Shown piece after piece: positions 21,835-34,859 of a stretch of DNA of 64,000 bases. The notes below the pieces were generated by a model that saw only the letters and a program-made list of their open reading frames with translations, searched no databases and was not told the DNA's origin. Every line of letters starts with the position of its first letter. Position 1 is the first letter of the stretch. This DNA is from Octopus vulgaris (taxonomy: Eukaryota). The position numbers and the translations under genes are program-made. Where the stretch lies: contig OX597829.1 of the NCBI GenBank assembly GCA_951406725.2, positions 25,172,001 to 25,236,000 on the forward strand, in the 5' to 3' direction.

Positions 21835-24400
21835 AGAGAATTAGGGACATCGTAATTGAGAAATTTGATGAGAGGGAGGAGGAGCTACAAACATAGAGGG
21901 CAACTGGGAATTCCTGTGAGACAGCTTGCTGAGTGTCACAGATCAAATCTGTGACTGGTGCAAAATCCCTTCCAGAGCTAGGGTAATATGGTGGAGGAAC
22001 AATATTGTAGACAGGGCCTTTAGAGCAAAGAAACAGGCCTGGAAGAGTGGGAGCAGCAGTTAACTGTATCAGATAGCCAGAAGGCAAGCTAGGAGACAGG
22101 TATATCTAGCCAAGGGAGAAGCAGAAAAGAAGTTTGCTAATGTTCAGCATTGTGAGAACCAAAGAACTGAAGTATTTCAGATTGCTAGGCAGTGTGTGAG
22201 AGAAAATTGTGATGTCATAGGAGAGAAATGTGTCCACATGGATGATAGGGCACTTGCTTTTAATGAGTCTGCAAAGAAAGAGGCTTGGAGATGCCATTAT
22301 GAAAGACTGCTGAACCTGGAGAATGAATGAGAGAAGAAGAGTCTGCCAAACATTGACCCAATTGAGAGACCAGCTACCTGAATCGACAGTACCTGGTAGA
22401 TAAAGCACTTAGAGATATGAAGACAGGGAAAGCTCATGGTCCATCAGGAATCACTGCTGAGATCCTCTAAATATCTGGCCATGTGACTAAATATCTAGTC
22501 ACATGTATTGTAAATCAGAAGTTTCATGAAGGAGCCATACCCAACAACTGGTGTAGCAGCACCATAGTCAACTGCTACAAAGGTAAAGGTGATGCCTTAG
22601 ATAGAAATAATTACAGAGGTATCAAATTGTTGGATCAGATAATGAAAGTTACAGAGAAAGCCATAGCCCAACTAATTAAGGAGAGAGTTAATCTAGATCA
22701 GATGCAGTTTGGTTTTGTGCTAGGTAGAAGCACCACTGATGCTATATTTTTGGCGAGGCAACTGCAGGAGAAATACCTAGCCAAAGATAAACCTCTGTAC
22801 TTCGCTTTTGTTGACTTAGAGTACAGCAAAGAATTCAGGGTACAGTAGGAGTTCACCAAGGATTAGTGCTCAGCCCCCTCTTGCTCATCATAGTGCTCCA
22901 GGCAATAGCAGAGGAATTCATGGTAGGCTGCCCCTGGGAGCTCCTCTTTGCTAATAACCTTGCTCTTATATATGACTCACTACCTGAGCTAGAGAAGAAG
23001 TTCCAGGTATGGAAACAAGGTCTAGAATCAAAGGGCCTTAGAGTTAACCTAGCAAAAACCAAAGTCATAGTGAGTAGGAAGGCAGAGAAATCACATATCC
23101 CTTCAGACAGATGGACCTGCTCAATCTGTAGAAGAGGTGCAGGTAGAAACTCCAGAAGATGCACCCAGTGTAAGCTTTGGACATATAAAAGGTGCAGCAA
23201 CATCAGAGGAAGGTTAACAGGGAAACTAACATTTGTATGTGGAAGGTGCACAGGTACAATAAACATTGAAAATGTGCAGAAAATAGACTCCATCAACTAC
23301 CAGGGGGGCAAGCTAGAGGAAGTAGAAAGCTTCCGTTACCTAGGTGACCAAGTTAGTAGTGGAGGTGGATGCTCCGAGAGCATAGCTGTGAGAATAAGAT
23401 TAGGTTGGACAAAGTTTGGAGAGCTCCTACCCCTGCTGGCAACAAAGGGCTTCTCTCTCAGAATGAAAGGCAGATTGATGCCTGTGAAACATGGCAGTGA
23501 AACATGAGCTATGACAGCCAAGGACATGCATAGGCTTGAAAGAAATGAAGCCAGTATGCTTTGCTGAATGTACAATGTCAGTGTGCATGTTCGGCAGAGT
23601 GCAAGTATCTTGAGAGAAAAGTTAGGCATAAGAGGAATCAGATGTGGTGTGCAAGAGAGATGACTGCACTGGTATGGTCGTGTGATGCATATGGACAAGG
23701 ACAACTGTGTAAAGAAGTGCTGATCTCTAACTTTGGAGAGAACTTGAGGTAGACCAGGAAGACATGGGATGAGGTGGTGAAGCATGATCTTCGAACTTTG
23801 AGCCTCACAGAGGCAAAGACTAGTGACCGAGACCTTTGGCAATGTACTGAGCTTGAGAGGACCTGTCAAGCCAAGTGCACCTGTGTCATGTAAAGAACAT
23901 TTTTTGAATGTTGGGCCACATGGAGGCAAAGTGGTTGAGTACCTTTCTAGTGTTGGGCCTTGCAGAGGCAAAGTAACTGAATACCTCTTGAATGTTGGAC
24001 CTGATGGAGGCAAAGTGGATGAGTTCCTTTCAAGCATTGGACCTAACAGAAGCAAAGTAGCTGAGTTCTTTTCAAGTGTTGGGCTTCACAGAGGCAATGA
24101 CCAAGACCTTTGGCATGATGTTGTGCTTGGGAAGAAGATCCATCAAGCTGAGCAAAATTGCAGTCGTGGCAGTTACTGGTGTCATGCAAGTGTCACATAA
24201 ATGCACCCCAGTGTGCCGGTGGTACATAAAAGCACCCATTACACTCTCAGAGTGGTTGGCATTAGGAACAAAATCCTGCCATAGAAAACCATGCCAAATA
24301 AAACTGGAGTCTGGTGCAGCCTTCCAGCATGCCAGCCCAGTCAAACCATCCAACCTATGCCAGCATGGACAACGAACGTTAGTTAAATGATAATGATAAT
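21835..24400 (+). mobile_element. RTE-clade LINE, decayed, same family as 4236-6035, with an internal deletion near 22818
   Basis: YKGKGDALDRNNYRGIKLL, QFGF, LSPLLLIIV, ELLFANN, FRYLGD; RTE tail ending in (TAA/TGA)n. Confidence 0.93.
23902..24105 (+). repeat. 42-bp tandem repeat, about 5 units, derived from the end of the RTE ORF
   Basis: Units tgttgggcc....gaggcaaagt..tgagt; translate as LNVGPHGGKVVEY/LSSVGPCRGKVTEY/LLNVGPDGGKVDEF/LSSIGPNRSKVAEF. Confidence 0.85.
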
Positions 24401-25013
24401 GAAGTTGAAGGTTCAAGTCAATTGCTCAACTGAGTACTACATGTGGGATTCATGTACATGACTTTAGTCAGCCCACACTCTTCACATTCATGTGAAGTCC
24501 CTGCTCCTAACTCATGCACCCATGACAATACTCTACCATCCTACTTATATTCTCATCGCTGTACCTTGAGGATATGCCCTGGCACTTCACCACTATCTAT
24601 TTCTCTCTCACTCTACTAATCCATTTATATTCTGATCCCCATTCCTAGAGGATATGCCCTGGCACTTTACCATCTCTCCCCCACTCTCACTCTTGATCAT
24701 TCACTCTCTTACTGGTTTAGCATGTATCTCTTCTACAGTAATAAACCGTTTTCTGTCCACATTCTTGATCTCTCTCTCTCTCTCACACTCTGACTGGGTA
24801 ATCACATATCTCCTCTAGAGCAACATACCTATTTCTATCCTTCTGTCAAACACTCTAACCTTTCATCACTTGATACAAGGTCACCACTTCCAATGCCCTC
24901 TCTTCCCAAAGGATATTTGTCTTAGTGACCCTGTCAGTGCTAATGCATTCTGGAGCCACAATACTTCTATTTTTTACTTTGTTCCATATTCCCTTTTCTC
25001 ATATCTATCTATA

Positions 25014-25233
25014 CAAGAAATTCTCAACAAGGGTCCATATGAAATTTTGTTTTTATCTGCAATAAATTTCTTATATTTCACAGAACATTTTAACAAATTT
25101 TTTTAATACAATTCCTAATATTATTTAATTATAAAAATAAATTAATTTTGTTAACATTGAATAGCTAGGAGGATCCATCCAAGTAAAATTGGAATCAAAG
25201 GGGTCCATAGGTAAAACTGGTTGAGAAACACTG
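25014..25233. mobile_element. hAT-like MITE, decayed
   Basis: Ends ..ttctcaac / gttgagaaacactg, subterminal gggtccata repeats, flanking atctata direct repeat. Confidence 0.55.
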
Positions 25234-25639
25234 ATCTATATTTACCCATATACGGGATAATCTTGTAGCCTTTTACACATAGTCTCTTCTCTTTCTACTT
25301 CCCTTTACATTGTCTCCTCTAATAGTGTTTATCCAATTACCCTTTCTACTGCTACCACCCTCTCTCATCAACCCCACACCAGAATCATTATACCCAGTAC
25401 TATAGAGTGGCTGGCTTTAGGAAGTACATCAAGCCATGAAAAGCATGCCAAAATATACAGTGGGGAATGATGCAATCTTCCAACTAATCAGATCCTGTCA
25501 AATTGTTCAATTCATGCCAACAAAAAAAAAGATGTTAAGCAATGATGATAATGTGTATGTGTGTCCAAATGCATAAAATGCATGTGTGTGTATGTATGTA
25601 CATATGTATATATATATATATATATATCGAATTGAACCA

Positions 25640-25968
25640 GCCAGGATCCCTGGTCTGGTGGTACGTAAAAAGCACTATCCGACTCGTGGCCGATGCCAGC
25701 ACCGCCTCGACTGGCTTCCGTGCCGGTGGCACATAAAATACACCAATCCGATTGTGGCCGTTGCCAGCCTCGCCTGGCACCTGTGCAGGTGGCACGTAAA
25801 AAGCACCCACTACACTCACGGAGTGGTTGGCGTTAGGAAGGGCATCCAGCTGTAGAAACATTGCCAGATAAGACTGGAGCCTGGTGCAGCCTTCTGGCTT
25901 CCCAGATCCCCGGTCGAACCGTCCAACCCATGCTAGCATGGAGAACGGACGTTAAACGATGATGATGA

Positions 25969-25970
<2 letters not shown>
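25640..25970 (+). mobile_element. RTE 3'UTR/tail element (family B), young, within (TA)n
   Basis: ggcacgtaaaaagcacc repeats then gagtggttggcgttaggaagggcatccagc...gttaaacgatgatgatg. Confidence 0.88.
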
Positions 25971-26013
<43 letters not shown>

Positions 26014-26014
<1 letters not shown>

Positions 26015-26365
26015 GGCGCATGAGTGGCTGTGTGGTAAGAAGCTTGCTTCCAAACCACATGGTTTCGGGTTCAGTCCCACTGCGTGGCACCTTGGGCAAC
26101 TATCTGAATGCCTCTTACACAGGCTTTCTCTCAGGTAATTTCTACTGTGTTGTACAGCCTCCTCTTTCCATGCCACTCATGTTATCCAAGGGAAAGGCAG
26201 TCTGATATAGCTTGGCACTAGTGACGTTGCAACTTATTTCTACAGCCAAGTGAACTGGAGCAATGTGAAATAAAGTGTCTTGTTCAAGCCTGGTCCAGGA
26301 ATCAAACTCACTATGTCGTGATTGTGAGACCAACGCTCTAAGCACTGAGCCATGTGCCTTCACAC
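26014..26365. mobile_element. SINE family A head (+, 26014-26098) abutting a third SINE family (-, about 26150-26365)
   Basis: ggcgcatgagtggctgtgtggtaag head; gtgaactggagcaatgtgaaataaagtg matches 41880-41915 in reverse. Confidence 0.7.
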
Positions 26366-28929
26366 ACTGACATTACACATCTAACAAAGCATGTTCACTT
26401 ATGGTTCTTTCTAATCAACACAAATCCTCTGCATTCAGAGCCCAGGTCTGGTACCCTTATAACTCAAGCATCATACAATCTACCTTTCATTCTGAGAGAA
26501 AGGCTGTTAGCTGCTAGCAGAGCTAACAGTTCCTTGAACTTTTTTTTCAACCTGTTCTTACTCTAGTTATTACAATTTCAGAGTATCTATCCACAATTAG
26601 TAATTCCATTACGTCGGTGACGAAAACTATTGCCTACTTCTAGGTAACTTTCTGAACAGCTGAGACAATGTATTTCTTGGGTATATTGTGAATAATGCTC
26701 CTGTATATAAGGTTATTTTGCAGGTAGCCTGTCTGCGATTACAATAAAACTTGCGTATCCATTGTTTATCAGTCCTAGAGACCATGCCATAACATAATAT
26801 TGAAGCTCGAAGCAGCCCTGCGGCACTGATCCAAGAGACAACAGACATGTAGCCTGCAGACAAGCTTTTTGCTGGAGATTTCAATACAGATATGTTGAAA
26901 AGTTTTGCTGGTGCCCAGAACAAGTTACCATCAAATTTATCAACCCATGCCAGTATACCCCTACATATAAATGTATATACATTAAATGGTTCTGAGGACG
27001 CAATGCTGTACAAGCACCCAACTCTAATGAAGTGCCAAAAGCTAATGAAAAGGATTATGCCATCCTGTTCTTTTGCAATTCATCATTTGACATATACATT
27101 TATTTCTATAATATACATACACACATAAACAATACATATAACCACAAAATAAGAATCGTTATTCCCACACACACACCTAATGGAGATAAATCACACCACA
27201 ATCATCGTCCGTCTTTGTCTTTCATTTCTCCAGGTGCGATATAGCAAACAATACAATGATCGATTACATCGCTTATTTACTTTTATCTCAAAGAACAGGC
27301 TTTGCCCCAATCGAGAATCGCCTTAAGAGCAAACTATTTAATAATGTTATAACATAAAATAGGATCTATATATTTATGTCTAGGTAGAAGTTGGGGCGTT
27401 CTTTACTTTCGTTTCAATTGTCGGGTGAACAATTAATTGTAGCGCTCTTTTTGAGCCGCCAAAGACAAGTTGGATCCAGGCTAACATTAATGCTGGTTGC
27501 ATCCAATTTTATTTTAATTCGCTTTAATGAATTTAACAAATTGACTGTCAATTCGGCTTCTTTAATCAATTCTTGATAGACTCAAAAAAACTTTATTAAT
27601 ATTTGATTTGCAACAAAGAAATAAAAATGCTCGTGCAAAAAAAAAAAGTAAAAAATAAAAACAATCGTTTCATAATTGGTAGAGCATAAATGAGGAGCAG
27701 CAATTAACAATGAACCAAGGTTAGCAGATGAAGTTTTAATTACTGCTAAATGTTGCTTAAGTTTAACATTTCCCTTGATCACAATAAACAGTTGCAAAGT
27801 CAGTCAAAGAAAACAAAACTCAAATATTTATATTTAATAAATAGCGGAAACATTTGCTGTTTGATTCCAGGCAACCATTATACAAAGCATTCCGAATATG
27901 TGAATAAGTTTATCTTATTACCAATCAAAACATCGAACTTACGAAATTGATATTGAAACCAAATCAATACTCTCATTTTTCTTTGTTTGTTAGGCTTATT
28001 TAATAATTTATTATTTTTTTAATTGCAACATGTTAGTATCCTACATAGAGCTAAGGAGTAGATAAAAAAAAATGTTGGAAATGTAAAAATTTGAAATTTC
28101 AAAAATGCATCTATCAAATATGAAGATTCACTTGAATTTTCATATTTGATAAATGCATTTTTTCAAATAAGAATTCTATTGGGATGGTCGAAAATTTATC
28201 ATTACTGTGAAGTAATATTTCTTCAATAATGTGACATGGTTACTTCGTAAGTTCAAATAGACAAATGATCCATGTCTACGAGAGTGGGAGAAAGAGACAG
28301 GACAAGCTGAACATCATTGGACACCGGGTGGCTTGTTGAGGAACTTTACTCATGAAATGGGAATATGCCCTGTTCTCATATGGGACAGCATCAGATTCGA
28401 CTAACAAAATAAACATATTTTAAAAGTTATCTCGTTTAGTTATAAATTAATTGTAAATAAATACACCCTTCCCTACCACGTGGTTTAAATATTTTCCGAA
28501 AACAATATCCAAATTTAAGATCAGAAAATCCTTGACAACAAAAGGTCGTCTACATACAATAAGATTAATTGAAAACGTCAGATATAATTTACTTGTGAAA
28601 CATATAACAAACGATCAACAAAGCAAAACATAAGGTCCACAAATTCATAAATAGTGTTCTTCACGAAGTATACAGGTAAGGATATATCATGTATATAAAT
28701 AATTTTTTTTTTAAAATTGTACTATTTTTTAAAAAAATGTTCTATTTTCAATTAGAGACATGAAGAAAATAAATGAGGATTTCAAAAGGGGAAAAAAATC
28801 TGACTGAAAGAGTAGAAGACAAGAGAAACAAAGATATGGAGTAATATGAACAAACAACGTAATAAACAAAAGTCTCTCTATATAATTAAATATCACAGAT
28901 GTATATAGAATAATTTGTTTGTAACCTAC

Positions 28930-28966
28930 CATCCAATGTTACCCAGCTTGGTTTCAGAAGCCTCAT
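28930..28966 (-). CDS. HIRA: HIRA coding exon 1 (MRLLKPSWVTLD), ATG at 28966
   Basis: Matches the conserved HIRA N-terminus MKLLKPxWV; 37 nt, GTAGGT donor, phase 1 joins exon 2 in frame. Confidence 0.95.
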
Positions 28967-29059
28967 TTTCTATCTTATTTTAATACCTTCTATAGGGGAA
29001 ATCTACATTAAAATATATTATAAACGTTAACAATTAATCTGTGAAATTGTTAATATTAT

Positions 29060-29640
29060 TGCTTTCGGCGTTTATATATTGTTGTAAGGAGTTTCCGCTC
29101 GTTTTCGCCGCTGATCTGTTTCCCCCAGATCCGTTCTACACCAGCACGGGAAGTTGTTGTTTTTACTGAGCTGCCGCCATTTTCACAGATATACACAGAA
29201 AGTGTCACTGGGAGGTGGGTAAGGACAGAGAGAGAAAGAGTGTGATACAGAGAAGGTGTGGTGTAATAGGGAAGAGTGAGGAAGGAACACAGATACAAAG
29301 ATTGAAAGAGGAAAAGGAAGAGAGAGTAGAAGGAGTGAAAGGTGCGTGAGAGATAAGGAAGAGTGGAGAAGGAAAGGAAAAAAAAAAAACAAAGAAAAAG
29401 AAACAGAAAGATAAGGAGGAGGAGATATTGACAAGCGGGCGGGAAAAGAAGAGAAAAGTGAAAGACGGAGGAGGAGAGAGATAGAAAGGAAGGAAAGATA
29501 AAGAGAGGGAACGTAGAGTAGCGGGTATTAGAATTTAATAGACATAACATTGGGGTTGGAAAATTAAGAAAGGCAGAGAGATTGAGGTCGAAGGGGGAGA
29601 ATGAAAAGAACGGAAGTTCGGAGGAATAATGCCTTATGTT
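29060..29640 (-). promoter_or_regulatory. Probable HIRA promoter / 5'UTR region
   Basis: Local CpG enrichment; YY1 motif AAAATGGCGGC on the minus strand (29173-29183); ETS core ACGGAAGT (29610-29617); long purine/pyrimidine-skewed tract. Confidence 0.65.
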
Positions 29641-29899
29641 CTTAGTTGATGTTTTCGTATTTTAGTTTGTTTCATGTAAGAAAGTGTAGGTTCAATGTCG
29701 TCAATGAACAAAAAAAAAATGAAGAACTGGAAGCCGCGTAACTATAAATATCTATAATCATCGTTTATAATCGTTTCTCCAAGCTAGATGGCCATGGTGG
29801 GAGAGCTTTGTTCTACAGCATAGCGTCTCGTTCTTCGTTTGATAAACACAAAACCGCCAATTTTCTATGTGTGTATATAGTATGATGAGAGGGGAAATA

Positions 29900-31300
29900 C
29901 TTATATGACTATCTCTGTTGACTTGAAGATTCTCATAGTCCTTTCACGTATACAGGTTGTTTTAGGTGTGAGTTCGTTAATCTTTCCATGAGGGCTGTCC
30001 TTTCTTAGTCAGGTTCAGAAGCCAAGTTATGAATGTTCCTTCTCCAAATTCTTAATATATAAATACTCGAGTTGATAATAACATGTCACATCGGAATAAC
30101 TATCTTGCAGAGAAGTTATACTACAAAATTTAGAGAAAATGTACATTGTGAGGGTTTATACTGAAGCTATGTATGTTGCATCTTGAATAAAGATTGTGTT
30201 ACTTTAAGGTGACAGGAATCAGGAAATATGGATCCTCGTATATATGATAGATAGTGTCTGATATACTACATTAACCTGAAACGAGATCTTCATGGCAATT
30301 CACCTAGCGTATATCAAAATTATCGTCATTACATTTCTCGTGCTATTTTGGGAGACACTCTACAAGTTTCTGTTAGTGTTGCAACTAAAGCCATAACTGT
30401 ATAAACTAATTTGTGTTTTGTTTTGAATGATTTGAGAAGAAAGGAGAGAGTTGTTGATATCCAGTATCTGTTGAGATTTATGTGGTTCATGCATTGCTTA
30501 ACTTGTAAGTTGTTAGCACTAGGTTTGAAAGGAGAAAATAATAGAAGGGTGCAAAGATTTGAAGAGTAGCAGCCTCTATAGTAACGGTTAAGAAAGGTCG
30601 AGTGAAGCGGATACATCTGTGTATCAGATGTATCCTCTTTGGAGTGAGTTTTTTTGGGGTCTGGAGGAACTGTTGTGTCCAAGTATTTGACAGGGCCGCA
30701 GTGACTGACAAGAGGGAATGTTATCCTTAAGTATTTGCAAGCTGACAACTACAGGACAAACATGGTAATGAGGTAGGACTGGGCGGAGTGGTACCTAGGT
30801 GAGGAAGTATAATATGCATGATGAGATGAGTACCAGAGTGGAAGTTGTCAGACCAGCTAGCCCTTAATAACAAACATGTATACTATCAGTACAAAAGGCA
30901 AGGGAGTCAACTCGTATGTGGGCCTGTTGGTATGTGTTGAGCTTCTTTGGATGTGGTCTAAGATGCCTTTGTTGTGTAGCAAAAATAACATCCTTGATGT
31001 AGGAACAGTTCCCCATTGTGGGTCTTTGTTGGGGATGGGGTCTGAATATTTTCTGTTAGTTAAAGGATGTGAGATCAGGAGAGACTCAATGACAGTGAAG
31101 CCCATTTGTAATGAGGTTGTAAGTTCTAGTTTAATAGGGAGGAAGGTAATAACATGCTGTTGTTTTTTTATGATAAGTGTAGTGACTGTGTTTCTGTGCT
31201 ATTGAAGACGTGATTAATGCAGGTTTTCAAGGTGTCTACTCATGGAGTAAGTGTAAGTTTGGCTTCAGACGTCTATTTTGCATAGAGATGACATTTGGAT
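29900..31300 (-). mobile_element. Decayed Penelope-like element (RT thumb and GIY-YIG traces)
   Basis: Minus-strand traces LIHRCIRF, NVVYQ...IY.GS, INEL...TC across many frameshifts. Confidence 0.4.
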
Positions 31301-32139
31301 GTTGAAGGAAGGATAAAGTGTTATATTGTATAGTTGTGAAACATGTAGTTTGATGTATAGAAGTGAAGAGTATGATTGACAAACACCTTAATGTGCATCA
31401 GAGTTCATACTATGTAGGTGAGAGAGATCTCCATCATTACATGGTGACAATGCAATCTGACCAGAAGCCACTGATCCAAGAGACATCAGACATGCAGTCC
31501 GAAGGCAAGTTTTTTACTGGAAACTTCTTCATGGTGAAAAGTTTTGCTAGTGTTGACAACAACACCTTCCATCAAATTTCTCAAGAGTTACAGTTTATTG
31601 GTGAGTGATATAGGAAGTCAGTTCTCCATAAATTGGGCTAAAGCTGTTGTATGGTGGCTATGACGGGAAGCAAAACGGAAAAGGGATGTAGCGAGAATAA
31701 TCACCCTCGAGCTTCTAGAATATTTGAGACCTGTCTGGAAGCTTCCGGTTTTATGTGGAAGTCTGGGACTTCCGTCCCTTATATACAGGAAAGAAATTCT
31801 AAATTTGCGCCATTCAGTGCCTGTTGGTTCTTCAACATGCATTGGGTCAGGCTGCCGCACTTTACAGACACCCGTGCTCCTGATAGCCTTTCTTACTTGG
31901 AGATATGTGACTGCAACCAGAACATATTCATGTAATGTTATAAGCTTCCTTCAAATAACCTTGTATGTTAATGCATTACCTCCAACAATAAAAGTTATGA
32001 CTTATTACAAGCGTCTCGTGAATTTTATTCTCTTGTTATGAGCAAAAACAGTGACTCTCTTTTCTCTCATACTGACTAAATTATTATAGTGTGTCATTAA
32101 GTCAATATTACCACCAAAAATGGATAACCCTGACACCAA

Positions 32140-32229
32140 TATAAAATGGTGACTTCCAACATTAAGAACACGATAGCCACTCCACTATAAAATGGTGATG
32201 CCCAACGTTAAGAACACAATGGCCGCTTC
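32140..32229 (+). repeat. 46-bp tandem duplication
   Basis: tataaaatggtga....caac.ttaagaacac.at.gcc at 32140 and 32186. Confidence 0.8.
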
Positions 32230-34859
32230 AGAATAACATGGCAGACCTGACTCATTTGGATACGCAAACCACAGCAAACGGTACATCGATGCCATACCAC
32301 ACTTTTCAAGGTAATTTCTAGATTACTCTACCACCACCTCTGATATTCTAATTTTGAAATAATTTCATGTCTTCCACGTCCAACAAGAAAGTCACTTATC
32401 ATGCTAAAACAGATGTGGAACTTGGGCAGCTCTTCAACTGGTCAGACTGTCCAACCTATGCCAGCATTAAATGATGATGATGATGTGAACATAAAAGTTG
32501 CTCTGCAGGAATGCTACTTGCATAACAATCATAGTTAAAAGCTGAAGGAAAGGAAGATCCCACAAAGTTGCTAGAGGTCCTTTTGGTAAGGAATCACCTT
32601 GCTAATCTTGTATGTGTATTGCAGCAGTAGTATTCCATTTCATCTGAGAAAGAGGAGTTCTTCATGATTGAGTTCTTTTCTATAATAAACAAAACATCAC
32701 CAGAAGAGATAGTCAGTGATGGTGAAGATCAGAATTGATAGCAAACATGATACTTTTAATGTATGTCATACATTTCTAAGAGAAGTGCAAGTCAAGACTG
32801 TTTCTCTGATTGATGTAGTGATTATGCTGACAAAGGAGGCAAGCTTGAAGTGACTCTCATTAGAAAATGATTTTTCTTGAGTGAAGTGTTGAAGCTACAT
32901 AAGAATGATACTTGTATGATGATTAAAAAACAGAAAGGAGTAGTATCTTCATAGAGGTGACTACCATTAGGAGACTGTAAGCTGTTCATTAATATACTCA
33001 AGAAGAGAGAAAAAGGACGAAGGTATCCTCAAACCAGCAACTTGGCCTAAATGCTTGAAACAGGACTCTGCTGAAGTATAGTGAGTTTCATCAACATACT
33101 CTTGAATAATGTGCTACTCAAATGAAGTCTGTAGGTAGATGGCTTAGCTGCAAGATTCATATACCAGATATTAACACTTTACAGGAGAGAGGAAGAAGGA
33201 GTAGTAGGACCCAATTAATGTCTGCAAAAATCATGTGGTAACTGAAGAAAAAGTAGGAGTGATTATGAATTCTGTCATCATCCTTGACATCTTGAAAATG
33301 TAACAGTAGATAGCTAAGAATGGAATACTATTCCTGTAGAGATTAACTTTAGGGTGCATTCTTTTAAGGTAATGATGGACCGTGAAGTCTGGCGTAGCAT
33401 GGTAAATTCCATTGTCTCGACCACGGTCGAACAATGATGATGAATGATTAAGGTAATGAAAGGAACATTATCAAACTTGGTAGCCTTCTTAGTTTGAAGT
33501 GACAAGGTGATTTCATGCTTGGTGTGTATATGTATACATCATAGCAAGACAGGTGGAGTGGAGAAAGTTTTGATAGTATTACTGCATTTGTGCAGTTTGG
33601 AGCTAGATGCAAATGTTCAAGCTTCTACAGAATACTTCACATGATACTACCATGGTTAAATAGTGATGGCTAGGCTATTATGATTACAGAGTGTTGGTTA
33701 AGGTGACACAAAGCTAGTAGAAATTCTTTGGGCATTGAACCAAAAGCTGTAGTCTGGAAGACACTGATTTATGATTTTTGTTTTTTCCTGCAGGTGTTGA
33801 GTTTGGAGAGAGTCCCTAGCTGACTATAGTGGGAATGTTTCTGACACCCAAACAATTATTTTATGGGACTCAATATCTTTGTGAAATCATCACAATTTAT
33901 AACAACTTTGAAACTTTCAGTATTTATGTCTATTTATAGATTTGGGTAGTCAGGGTTTCATTGTGTGTGGTGTGTGAAGACATTAAGATGGCATCATTCA
34001 CTTAATTACTTGGACAGGTTAGGAATGAAGTGTGTTTTTCAGTGAGTGTTAAAGTAGGAAAACTAGTAGAGTTCTGTTGTGTTGGAGGACTTGACATGTT
34101 ATAGTATTCTAGAAATGAGGGAACATTGTATGGTGTCGTTGCAGAGACAATGGTAGTTTAATTGTGAAAGAGATCAAGCATATTTAGGAGTTTTGATTAA
34201 TAATATGTAGAAGATGGAACAAATTCTTGCAGAAACTTTAAGATTACATAAGCTTCGATTTCTGCAACAGACTGAGAGGTGTACAAGAGCCAAGAAAAAT
34301 GTTTGCATTGTGATATATCTTCTCTCTGATTCAGATACTTAGAATTACCATAAATGATTAGTTCGAAAACACCTGAAATCCTAAGTCTTTCTGCATATGT
34401 TATTTTACATATCTCAAGCCATATCTGAATCATTACTATTTTGTATCACAAATTGATTTTTTTATATTTTAATTTGAGAATTTCTCAGTTGAGAAAATTT
34501 ACCATCTTGTGTGACCTTACTAAATCAAATGTAACCGAAATAAAAATGATCCTTGAACCATATTACATCTCTTTCTACAAAATTTACCTTTCTCACTTAA
34601 ATTACTACTCAGTTGTCATATTTTGGATTCTTAAAGATCTTTTAAACATAATACATTCCTATCAAAAGTTATTCTATGAATCCTTAAATTACATTATGTT
34701 GATGTCATGTAAACATTTTCTGAACAGTTCCCGACTTCATGTAAATGACAGGAGAAACCTACATGAGTACAGAACATACTATCAAGGACATTTTTACTGA
34801 CTAACACAACAACTAATCACCTATTGATAAGTTATGTATTCATCTGTTTCTTATACCCT

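Noticed and set aside
26014-26098. tRNA gene
   Set aside because: tRNA-like A/B boxes belong to a SINE head; no cloverleaf or terminator.
29056-29550. 164-aa F/L/S-rich ORF upstream of HIRA
   Set aside because: By-product of the polypyrimidine tract; no domain; the HIRA ATG is at 28966.
31735-31790. Minus-strand TATA box plus two ETS cores as a second promoter
   Set aside because: Short motifs next to decayed repeats with no downstream gene; unsupported.
32900-34150. Old minus-strand LINE remnant
   Set aside because: Only vague motif traces; too degraded to call from sequence alone.
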